Positions 25,515 through 35,956 of a stretch of 64,000 bases of DNA are shown in pieces. Under the pieces are notes generated by a model that saw nothing but the letters and a program-made list of their open reading frames with translations, was not told where the DNA came from and made no database searches. A program made the translations under genes and the position numbers. Position 1 is the first letter of the stretch; each line of letters begins with the position of its first letter. Origin of the DNA: Heptranchias perlo (taxonomy: Eukaryota); contig NC_090326.1 of NCBI RefSeq assembly GCF_035084215.1, positions 73,532,001 through 73,596,000 on the forward strand, given 5' to 3'.

Positions 25515-28500
25515 GAGTCCGTAGTTCGGGGAGCAGACAGGTGTTTCTGCGGTCGCAGGCATGATTCCAGGATGGTATGTTGCCTCCCTGGTGCCAGGGT
25601 CATGGATGTCACTGAGCGGCTGCAGAACATTCTGAGGGGGGGAGGGTGAACTGCCAGAAGTCGTGGTCCTTATTGGGACCAACGACATAGGTAGAAAGAG
25701 GGATGAGGTCCTGCAGGCGGAGTTTAAGGAGTTAGGAAAAAGATTAAAAAGCAGGACTTCAAAGTTAGTAATCTCCGGATTACTCCCAGTGCCACGCGCT
25801 AGTGAGAATAGAAATAGGAGGATAAAGTAAATGAACGCGTGGCTGCAAGGGGGAGGGCTTTAAATTCCTGGGGCATTGGGACTGGTTCTGGGGAAGGTGG
25901 AACCTGTACAAGCCAGACGGGTTGCACCTCAACAGGGCCGGGACCAATATACTTGTGGGGAGGTTTGCTAGTGCTCTCGGGGAGGGTTTAAACTAGCTTA
26001 GCAGGGGGATGGGAACCTGAGTGTGGATTCAGATGGGATAAAGTCAGAACTGGAAATGGAAGGCAGAAAATTAGTGAGTGAGTCAGGAAGGCAGAGGGAA
26101 CGAAGGTTAGAAAATAAACAGCAGAGGGGCTTGGCAGTCCTTAAATGTATTTACCTCAATGCAAGGAGTATAGGAAATAAGGCAGATGAGCTGAGGGCAC
26201 AGATAGACACGTAGCAGTATGATATCTTAACTATTACAGAAACTTGGCTTAAAGAGGGGCAGGACTGGCAACTCAACGTCCCTGATTACATGGTTTTCAG
26301 ATGCGATAGAGAGGGGAATAAAAAAGGAAGTGGGGGGTGGCAATTTTGGTTAAGGAAGCAATTACAGTTGTGAGGAGGGATGATATTTTAGAACGAGCAT
26401 CAAATGAGGCCTTATGGGTTGAGCTAAAGAACAAAAAAGGGGCAGTCACATTACTGGGAGTGTACTATAGACCTCCAAACAGTCAGAGGGAGATAGAGGA
26501 ACAAATATGCAGGCAAATTTCTGAGAAGTGCAAAAACAATAGGGCAGTAATAGGAGATTTCAACTACCTTAATATTAGCTGGGATACAAACAGTGTGAAG
26601 GGTATAGAGGGCACAAAATTCTTAAATTGCATGCAGGAGAATTTTTTTACCCAGTATATAGCAAGCCCAACGAGAGGGGGGCAGTTCTGGATTTAGTTCT
26701 AGGAAATGAAGAGGGGCAGGTGGAAGAAGTAGCAGTGGGAGGGCATTTTAGTGGTAGTGATGATAATACAGTTAGTTTTAGCATAGTTATGGAAAAGGAC
26801 AAAGACAGAGCGGAGTTAAAGTTTTCAGTTGGGGAAAGGCCAATTTTACTAAACTGAGAAGTGATTTAGCAGAAGTAAACTCGAAACAGCTACTTGAAGG
26901 TAAATCAGTGTCAGAGCAGTGGAAGGCATTCAAAGAGGTGATTCAAGGGGTTCAGGGTAAACATGTTCCCACAAAGAAAAAGGGAGGGGCTGCCAAATTT
27001 AGAGTCCCCTGGATGTCAAGAAGCATTCAGGGTAAGATAAGGCAGAAAAAGAAATCCTATGATAGACACTGGGAACTCAATACTACGGAAAGCTTAAAGT
27101 AGTATAGAAAGTGCAGGGGTGAAGTTTAAAAAGGAAATTAGGAAAGCAAAGAGAGGGCATGAAAATATATTAGCAAGTAAAATCAAAGAAAACCCAAAGA
27201 TGTTTTATAAATATATTAAGAGCAAGAGGATAACTAAGGAAAGAGTAGGGCCTATTAGAGACCAAAAAGGTGAGGAGGCGGAAGATGTGGGTATGGTTCT
27301 TAATGAATACTTTGCATCTGTCTTCACAAAGGAGAGGGATGATGCAGGGATTGAAGTTAAGGAGGAGGAGTGTGAAATATTGGTTGGGATAAGCATAGTG
27401 AGAGAGGAAGTATTAAGGGGATTAGAATCTTTGAAAGTGGATAAATTACCAGGGCTGGATGAAATGTATCGCAGGCTGTTAAAAGTAGCCAGGGAGGAAA
27501 TAGCAGAGGCTTTAACAATCATTTTCCAAACTTCACTGGATAAAAGTGTAGTGCCAGAGGATTGGAGGACTGCTAACGTTGTACTGTTGTTTAAAAAGGG
27601 AGCAAAGGATAGACCGAGTAATTACAGGCCAGTCAGCCTAACCTCGGTGGTAGGCAAATTATTTGAATCAATTCTGAGGGACAGGATAAACTGTCACTTA
27701 GAAAGGCATGGACTAATCAAGGACAGTCAGCACAGATTTGTTATGGGGAGGTCGTGTCTGACTAACTTGATTGCATTTTTCGAGGAGGTGACATGGAGGA
27801 TCGATGAGGGTAGAGTAATTGATGTAGTCCAAGTGGATTTTAGCAAGGCTTTTGACAAGGTCTAACATGGCAGATTGGTCAAAAAAGTAAAGGCCCAAGG
27901 GATCCAAGGGAATGTGGCAAGTTGGATCCAAAATTGGCTCAGTGGCAGGAAGCAAAGGGTAATGGTCGACAGGTGTTTTTGCGACTGGAAGGTTGTTTCC
28001 AGTGGGGTGCCGCAGGGCTCGGTACTAGGTCCCTTGCTTTTAGTGGTATATGTTAACGATTTGGACTTAAACGTAGGAGGCATGATTAAGAAATTTGCGG
28101 ATGACACAAAGTTAGGCATGTGGTTGATAGTGAGGAGGAAAGCCCCAGCTATTCACAATATATATCAATGATTTGGATGAGGGAACCAAATGTAATATTT
28201 CGAAGTTTGCTGATGACACAAAACCAGGAAGATATCAATGGACGGGTCAGATGGGCAGAAAAGTGGCAAATGGAGTTCAAATGGAATACTGTGTACAGTT
28301 CTGGTCACCCTATTATAGAAAGGATATTATTAAACGAGAAAGAGTGCAGAAAAGATTTACTAGGATGCTACCGGGACTTGATGGTTTGACTTATAGGGAG
28401 AGGTTGGATAGGCTGAGACTTTTTTCCCTGGAGAGTAGGAGGTTAAGGGGTGATCTTATAGAAGTCTATAAAATAATGAGGGGCATAGATAAGGTAGATA

Positions 28501-29608
28501 GTCAAAATCTTTTCCCAAAGGTAGGGGAGTCTATAATGAGGGGGCATAGATTTAAGGTGAGAGGGGAGAGATACAAAAGGGTCCAGAGGGGCAATTTTTT
28601 CATTCAAAGGGTGGTGAGTGTCTGGAACGAGCTGCCAGAGGCAGTAGTAGAGGCGGGTACAATTTTGTCTTTTAAAAAGCATTTGGACAGTTACATGGGT
28701 AAGATGGGTATAGAGGGATATGGGCCAAGTGCAGGAAATTGGGACTAGCTTAGTGGTATAAACTGGGCGACATGGACATGTTGGGCCGAAGGGCCTGTTT
28801 CCATGTTGTAAACTTCTATGATTCTAAGTGTGAGATGATGCATTTGGGGAGAGCAAACAAGGCAAGGGAATACACAATAAATGGGAAGATACTGAGAGGT
28901 GTAGAGGAAGTTAGGGATCTTGGAGTGCATGACCACAGATCCTTGAAGGTAGCAGGATAGGTAGATAAGGTGGTTAAGAAGTCATATGCAATGCTTTCCT
29001 TTATTAGCTGAGGCATAGAATATAAAAGCAGGGATGTTATGCTGGAACTGTATAAAACACTAGTTAGGCCACAGTTCTGGTCATCACATTACAGGAAGGA
29101 TGTGATTGCACTAGAGAGGGTTCAGAGGAGACTTAGGGGGATGTTGCCAGGATTGGAGAATTTTAGCTATGATGACAGATTGGATAGGCTGGGGTTGTTT
29201 TCCTTGGAACAGAGGAGGCTGAGGGGTGATTTGATTGAGGTGTACAAAATTATGAGGGGCCTGGATAGAGTGGATAGGCAGGACCTATTTCCCTTAGCGG
29301 AGGGGTCAATAACCAGGGGGCATAGATTTAAAGTGATTGGTAGAAGGATTAGAGTGGAAATGAGGAACATTTTTTCTACCCAGTGGATGGTGGGGGCCTG
29401 GAGCTCACTGCCTGAGAGGGTGGTAGAGGCAGAAATCTTCAATTCATTTAAAAAAAAAACCTGGATGTGCACCTGAAGAGCCGTGATCTGCAGGGCTATG
29501 GACCAAATGCGGGTAAGTGGAATTAGGCTGGATGGCTTGTTTCTCAGCTGGCGCAGACACGATAGGCCGAATGGCCTCCTTCCATGCCGTAAATTTTCTA
29601 TGATTCTG
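25515..29608 (+). mobile_element. Near full-length CR1 LINE (ORF1 SGNH esterase part + ORF2), disrupted, with nested inserts
   Basis: GTND and DGLHL esterase motifs; YLNARS, ITETWL, FADD; tail ttctatgattctg. Confidence 0.92.
28281..28826 (+). mobile_element. CR1 3' fragment of another subfamily inserted into a CR1
   Basis: EYCVQFWSPYY...TRMLPG...; own tail ttctatgattcta; host frame resumes at agtgtgag. Confidence 0.85.
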
Positions 29609-30162
29609 TGAGCCAAAGATTATGGGCTCGATTTTACCGTCGGGTTTCCTGTGGGTTTCCAGCGGGGGGGGCCCCGAAAATCCCGATATCCAGTCACGTG
29701 ACCGGATCGCGCCGAGATCCCGGCCACTTCCGGGTGCCGCGCTGACGTGCGGGGCTGCGTGTGCAGGCCCCGCTGGTGGGAATCCCACAGGCAATTAAAG
29801 CCAGCGGGGTTCCACTTGAGTGTACTTACCTTGCTTGTTGAGGTCATTAAATGAGCTGAATCAGCTGTCAAAACAGGAAGTGTGGGATTTTAGCTTCAAC
29901 GCAGTGTGTGAAACACACTGGGGGAAACAGTCTCCCTTCAACCGGTCGTGTTCCAGCCAGCAGCCTGTGGCAGCTGCCAAGGTGCACTCCACAGCGGGTG
30001 GGAGAGCCCTCACCCACACAGGAGGCCACCGCGTCACGTAGGGCAACCCCTGCCCTCCACCACCCCCCGCCAAGCCAGAGGACAGACCGACGTGAAACCG
30101 CAGCCCCAGTGCGAGGAACCACCTACCTACCCTGCACAACCCCTCAGACCAACACCTGCCAG

Positions 30163-31380
30163 ATGGGTGGAGCGTTGACATCCTCGGAGGACGAACAGCA
30201 TGACCAGCCTCGCAGTCCACGCCGTCCACCTCGGAGACGTGGAGCCCCCCAACACGGTGCTGTGGCACACCCACCTGCACAGCAGGAGGGAGGGCAACCA
30301 CAGAGAGAGATGCGTCGCAGGAGGCACTACCCTCCGCACAGGGTGTACGGACCGAGGCTCAGCTTCATGGACCTCTCCGAGGAGCAGTGCATACGTCGGC
30401 TCAGAGTCAATCGCCAGGTAGTCGCCGACATCTGCAGCCTCCTTAACGACGAGCTGCTCCCTGATGGACCAAGCAGCATCTTCTTACCTGTCGCCGTCAA
30501 AGTCACCACTGCCCTCAACTTCTTTGCATCCGGATCCTTCCAGGGTGCCACCGGGGACATCACTGGGGTCTGTCAGTCGTCTGCACACAAGTGCATAAGG
30601 CAGGTCACCGATGGGTTGTTCCGCAGGGCCTCGCACTACATCAACTTCGCCATGGACGAGCGCAGCCAGATGGAGAGGGCGGTTGGATTCCATGCCATGG
30701 CTGGCTTCCCACGGGTACAGGGTGTAATCGACTGCACCCACATCGCAATACGGGCACCTCCGCATGAGCCAGGGCTGTTCATCAACAGGAAGGGGTATCA
30801 CTCCATGAACGCCCAGCTCATCTGTGACCACCGCCAGAGATTCCTACACGTGTGCGCCAGATACCCCGGCAGCTGCCACGATGCCTTCGTCCTCAGGGAG
30901 TCCACCGTCCCGCCCATCCTCCAGGCACCCAACGCCGGCAACAGCTGGCTCCTCGGCGACAAGGGGTATCCCCTACACACGTGGCTCATGACACCTCTGA
31001 GGAACCCCATCACCGAGCCGGAGCGTCGGTACAATGACAGCCACACTGCTACCAGGTCTACAATTGAGCAGACCATAGGGCTGCTCAAGATGCGCTTCAG
31101 GTGCCTTGATTGTTCTGGGGGAGCGCTCCAATACACACCATTCAGAGTGGGACGAATCATAGTTGTCTGCTGTGCCCTGCATAACATGGCACTACAGAGA
31201 GGGGTGCCGCTGGAGGAGGCCCAATCCACACCCGCCACCCACATTGAGGACGGCGATGAGGAGGAGGAGGAGGAGGACGCGGACGCGCCAGAGGATGGTG
31301 GACGACCCATGCGCCGAACCACGACTCACCGGGATGCTCGCCGGGCCAGGGAGGCACTCATACGTCAACGGTTCTCCTAG
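30163..31380 (+). CDS. Harbinger (HARBI1-like, DDE_Tnp_4) transposase, 405 aa, intact
   Basis: Uninterrupted ORF from first in-frame ATG; HTH region (ALNFFASGSFQ...CIRQVT), GVIDCTH, RKGYHSMNAQLICD, PGSCHD, LLGDKGYP, RSTIEQTIGLLKMRFRCL, CCALHN; acidic C-terminal tract. Confidence 0.93.
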   Translation: MGGALTSSEDEQHDQPRSPRRPPRRRGAPQHGAVAHPPAQQEGGQPQREMRRRRHYPPHRVYGPRLSFMDLSEEQCIRRLRVNRQVVADICSLLNDELLPDGPSSIFLPVAVKVTTALNFFASGSFQGATGDITGVCQSSAHKCIRQVTDGLFRRASHYINFAMDERSQMERAVGFHAMAGFPRVQGVIDCTHIAIRAPPHEPGLFINRKGYHSMNAQLICDHRQRFLHVCARYPGSCHDAFVLRESTVPPILQAPNAGNSWLLGDKGYPLHTWLMTPLRNPITEPERRYNDSHTATRSTIEQTIGLLKMRFRCLDCSGGALQYTPFRVGRIIVVCCALHNMALQRGVPLEEAQSTPATHIEDGDEEEEEEDADAPEDGGRPMRRTTTHRDARRAREALIRQRFS

Positions 31381-31712
31381 AGTCAGACAGTGCGAGGCGC
31401 TCGCATCTCCTCACCTGCACATGCGAGGGACCATACCAGCCCCCTCCACTGAAGACTGTTGCCAGTACTCCTGCACCCACAGCAGTGTGCCCAATGGGTG
31501 GCAGCAGGTGTTCGCCGTCATGATGGGCTGCACGGAACGCACCTATTGCACAGGCCGCGGAAGAATGGACGAGAGGTGGCAGGAGTGGTGAGAATATAGT
31601 GTTTAATATGTACAATGTGAGATAATATAAACAAAAAGTGTACAAATTAATAGATACCCTGGTGCATTCCCTTTGTGCTTATAACGCCTTTGGATTTCTT
31701 TTGCGGGTACCC

Positions 31713-32665
31713 CTACGTGGTGCTACCCCTGTGGCTCCAGCAGAGGTAGTGGCAGGTTGCTCCTGTTCTCGCCCTGACCGGGTAGATGCTTTGGGCGGAC
31801 GGCCCCTGGGTCACGGGCACCTCCACAGACTGCTCCTCCTGCACCGGGGCAGGGGCAGACTCAGCCACCTGGAGAGGAGGCACCATTGCGGGTACTGGTT
31901 GAGAGGGGGGCAACGGGTGGGACGTGGGGGCGCCTTGAGAAGCGTCCCCGCTTCCATGTCCCCGGTCACCATCATCCCTCTCGTGGCCTCGGCCCACATC
32001 ACCCCTTCCACCCTGCTGGACGGCAGTTTGGATGGCATGTGTGAGGCCTTGCAAGGCCACCCCTAGTGTATCCGTCAGCCTGTTTATGGCGGCGGAATGT
32101 TGCTCACCCTGAATCCGTACAGCCGTTGTCAGGGCCTGCACGGACTCAATGTGGAGCTGTGCGTGACGCTCGAGGGAGGCCAGCCTGTCCTCCACCGCAG
32201 ACGCTCCCGCACCTACCTGCGACACTATGTCGCCGGTACCCTCCTGTACCTGCGCCACCAATGCCCTCATGCAGGAGTTGGACTCCTCCATCGCCTGCGC
32301 AATTGTGGACAATGCGCGCGGCACCTCTCCCAGTACCTCAGCAATTAGCTGGTGCCCCTCGACGACTCTCCTTTTCACTGGTGGCCCCCTGGGTTCAGCA
32401 TCTGGGTCCGGCTGAGCAGAGCCTGGAGATGAGTGCTCCCACCGACGCGGACCCTCCGCGGCTGCCCCTGCCACCAGGGTCTGCTCATGCTCACTCATGC
32501 GCGGTGAATCACCAAGTGCTACCCCAACTAGTTGGCGAGGGGGACCCACCGAGGTGCGTGTCTCTGCGCTGGTGGATGGTTGGCTCAGATGTGACGATGC
32601 AGCCTCAGAGACCGCCATGTCCTCTGAGGAATCGCCCTCCTCAATCGCAGCGCTCGCAGACGGCC
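31713..32665 (-). CDS. Harbinger ORF2 exon 3 (Ser/acidic linker, predicted coiled coil; C-terminus probably frameshifted near 31812)
   Basis: ctgttctcttgcag| acceptor in phase 1 joins exon 2 in frame to the 343-aa ORF; spliced product 450 aa. Confidence 0.8.
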
Positions 32666-32781
32666 CTGCAAGAGAACAGAGGGCACTATGAGGCATGTGC
32701 ACCAACGTTACGGTGCGCCTGATGGCAGGTGATGATACGGTCACTCGCGATCATGGGTGTTGAGTGTCAGCTTTCCCTTAC

Positions 32782-32938
32782 CGGCCGTTTCTGCAGCGAC
32801 AGACTCGCCATCTGCGACCGACAGGCAATGTGGCGTGCGGGCGAGGTCGAGCGCCTCCACCTCTGCGTCTGTGAGGTCTACCAGGTGCGGCGGGCCACCT
32901 CCGGTGCGTGCCCTTTCCCTGTTGTTCTTGCTTCTCTT
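32782..32938 (-). CDS. Harbinger ORF2 exon 2 (KRSKNNRERARTGGGPPHLVDLTDAE...)
   Basis: ttttgccttgacag| acceptor, G|GTAAGG donor, 157 nt; TGGGP motif typical downstream of this Myb domain. Confidence 0.85.
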
Positions 32939-33262
32939 CTGTCAAGGCAAAACACAGATGCGTGAGTGGGTGCGTATTACATAGTGACACGCATCGAGCA
33001 TCGGTGTGGGTGGGTTGAGCGTGGGGCAGATGGATGGGAGGATGTGTGTGCCACATGCCCATCCCATTGCATGGGGATTGGGGTGTGTGGTAGTGTTCGG
33101 GTGGGGACAGGGACGGTGGGTACTTGCGGGCACGGCGAGGATGGTGAGTGAGTGGCTGTGAGGATTGCTGCGGGAGCGCTGTGGTGGCTCTGCAGGAGGG
33201 GTTGTGATCTGTTTGGCGTGATGGTGGGGACGGGTTGTGGGAGGGTGCGTTGGTGTACTCAC

Positions 33263-33505
33263 CTTGCCGGACCTAGTGAGGTCATTGAACCGCTTGCGGC
33301 ACTGCTCCCATGTCCTTGGGGTGTTGGCCCTGCTGCTGACCTCCGCCGCCACCTCTGCCCATGCCTTCCTGGTGGCGGCGGCAGGGCACTTGCGTCCATC
33401 CGCAGGGAAGAGCGTGTCCCTCCTCCTCCTCACGCCCTCCAGCATCAGCTGCAGCGCAAGGTCTGAAAAACGTGGCGCAGCCTTTCCCCTCGGGTGAACC
33501 ATCAT
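33263..33505 (-). CDS. Harbinger ORF2 exon 1: Myb/SANT-like (trihelix) DNA-binding domain
   Basis: MMVHPRGKAAPRFSD...AWAEVAAEVSS...RTWEQCRKRFNDL; ends AAG|GTGAGT donor; 243 nt. Confidence 0.88.
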
Positions 33506-34789
33506 CTCTAGCCTACTGATTGCAGCAGGAGGGGCTTTGGGAGACTGCCCCTTTAAGTGGAGCTCCTACATTGCGTCGACGGTACTGCGCATGCGCAGCC
33601 GGCCGGCACGCAGCTGGGGAGCGGAGAACCCGGAAGCAGGGCTTAAGCAGTTCAATTATCGCGCGGGGGACGCACGCAATTAGCCGTCCGCGTTTTCCAC
33701 GCTCCCGGAGGACCACCCGCAGGCCTGCTAAAATCGAGCCCTATATATTTTAGGAGTCTTATTAATCTCCTGGATGGGAGCTTTATTTTTGCCATCCCTT
33801 CATTTCCTTTCATTGCTGAGAAGTACTTTTACTGACAGAGGAAAAGTTGTTTTTTTGGGACTTATGGAATTGGCCCATTCAGATAAGATCTGTTAACACA
33901 GATTGAGAGCTACAAATGGCACAGTACCCTCACAAACTCCATCTGATGGCTTAGGTCTACAGAGGGCCAGTCTAATTAAAGTAGAATTTCTGCTTTCTGT
34001 GGTTGAAACATTCCTTGCATCTTGAAAAGCTGCTGATTTGAATGCACCCATGCCAAATGGAAAAAAAAGTAGTTCGTTGGTGTTGCGACCACCACTTTAA
34101 TCACTTGTGATTAGTATCTGCCAGTTAGTGGATTCATTGTGTTCGGCTGCACGTTTTCTGTGTAGTTTTGCTGCTCCAATTGCATTCATTTTATGTGGCC
34201 TCCACGTTTACCTTCCTGTTGTATCAATCATGTGATGTGCCTTGAAGGGGACAATGTGGTATGAAGGAGGGTGGCCTGTTTAATTTCATTGGTATTCACT
34301 GAGATGTTGAGAGTGGCCTTCTGGATGGTTTGAAGTTATGCTCATTGCTGCTTGCAATGAAACCACACCAGGATACTCCCCATAATTGACATTACTGGAG
34401 CAGCCTAGCAAAAAGAGATCTCATGCTGCTGCTGTCACTCGCTGTGGCTCCAGTTCCTGCTGAACTTTTGCCAGGGCTCACTCCCCTGCTTCAATCTCAG
34501 CTACTGCTGCTGTCCACGACTCCAAGCCCTGTTACTGCAGCTTACCAACTTCCAGCCTCAGATTTCACTGCAGGAAAAAGTAGAAAGGTGGAGACCAGTT
34601 GGCAGTGAAACATGCATGCCCTCCCCCTTCATTTCTTGGGAGAGACCAGATCATTTCCTGATTCTTGCTCCAGGTCTATGTAGGAGATGAAAGAGACCAA
34701 GGCATATAGAAAGAAAGGCAGAGAAATGTGAGGGAGATATAGAGATAAAGGGACAAAAAGATATGGAGAGAAATGTACAAAAGAACAAG

Positions 34790-35015
34790 AGCAGGATCAG
34801 GGGAGTTCTCCCAGTGTTCTGGCCATTTACCCTTCGACCAAAACAGGTGAATCGGTCATTTATCTCTTGCTGTTCATGGGACCTTGCTGCGTGGCAATTG
34901 GCTGCCTCAGTTGTTACCTTTACAGTGACTACATGCCAAAATAATTCATTGGCTCTAAAGTGCTTTGGGTGGCCTGAGTGAGAAAGGCACTATATAAATG
35001 CAAATTCTTTCTTAC
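34790..35015 (+). mobile_element. Deu-domain SINE 3' part
   Basis: Matches 48415-48640; tail gaaaggcactatataaatgcaa. Confidence 0.7.
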
Positions 35016-35380
35016 ATTAATGTGTTTGCTGTGAGAGTAATGCTCCCAACTGTGAGCCATGGATCATGGAATTTCTCCCTATGATGGGGGGAGAGCAGAG
35101 AAAGAACAACGGTTAGATACAGAGACAATAAGAGAAACTTTGAGAAGTATATAGAGAAAGAGGGGCAGATCAAGTTGCAGATAAGAGAAAAGAAAAAGAT
35201 TTAGTATGATACAAACAGAAAGATTTACAGGAAGAGGGATTTTTAAAATGTTGTGAGGACTGCTACGGGAGATTAAGTAGTTAATTCACGAATTGTACAA
35301 CAAAAAATCTTGGAAGTTTATCACAATTACTTAATTGAAACAGTTAATACGACAATTGCATATCTTTTTAAATTTTATAG

Positions 35381-35491
35381 GATCAGGATGGTTCTCACAT
35401 CAAAGGCTTGCTGATTAACTTCATTCATCACAACTGGCCATCTCTTCTGAGACATCATTTCTTGGAGGAATTCATTACTCCTATAGTAAAG
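35381..35491 (+). CDS. TOP2B: TOP2B exon h (DQDGSHIKGLLINF...FITPIVK), followed by a GC donor
   Basis: ttatag| acceptor; 3' end AAG|gctagt needed to keep PIVK-A; 111 nt. Confidence 0.9.
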
Positions 35492-35603
35492 GCTAGTGAA
35501 CCTTCAGATCACTGCAGATTTCACAGAACAATCTACAATCCTGTTGCTGTTGATGAAAATAAAAATGTGCAGCACTGATTTTAATACTTTTTTTTAAATA
35601 AAG

Positions 35604-35709
35604 GCTACCAAAAATAAACAAGAATTGGCATTCTACAGCATTCCTGAATTTGATGAATGGAAAAAACGTGCAGAAAACTACAAATCTTGGAAAGTAAAAT
35701 ACTACAAAG
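35604..35709 (+). CDS. TOP2B: TOP2B exon i (ATKNKQELAFYSIPEF...VKYYK)
   Basis: poly-T then ataaag| acceptor; |gtttgt donor; 106 nt. Confidence 0.9.
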
Positions 35710-35956
35710 GTTTGTAATGTAAAAGTTTAACTCAAACAGTCAAAAGTAGAAGCCACAGGAGGTGGGGGATAACCTGACTTTATTTAATTTAGTAATTCTG
35801 TATTTTTGTGCAGCTGCCAACAAGTTCTCTTAATGCTGATATGCTCTCGAGCTGAAGTTGAGTTACATTCTGCAGGTAACCATTAGAGCTAATGTTAAGT
35901 AATAAGCATAGTAAATACACATATAAAGTGACTGGAATATATGATGTCTCACACAG

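Larger units (their letters stand above)
29624..33741 (+). mobile_element. Full-length PIF/Harbinger DNA transposon (element 1), 4118 bp
   Basis: Perfect 13-bp TIR GGGCTCGATTTTA...TAAAATCGAGCCC; 3-bp TSD TAT (29621-29623 / 33742-33744); convergent transposase and Myb-like genes; GC- and CpG-rich relative to the intron. Confidence 0.95.

Noticed and set aside
29908-30162. 85-aa N-terminal extension of the 490-aa transposase ORF
   Set aside because: Begins at GTG in a eukaryote; the region aligns with the 5' UTR intron of element 2; first in-frame ATG is 30163.
30163-31380. Domesticated host gene HARBI1
   Set aside because: Flanked by TIRs and TSD, paired with ORF2 and accompanied by a decayed relative, so it is a transposon rather than the single-copy host gene.
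31713-32744. Independent third 343-aa ORF in the Harbinger
   Set aside because: Its first 26 codons are intronic; the rest is exon 3 of the Myb-like ORF2.
35550-35578. C/D box snoRNA (TGATGA...CTGA) in the GC-AG intron
   Set aside because: Boxes only about 20 nt apart and no terminal stem.
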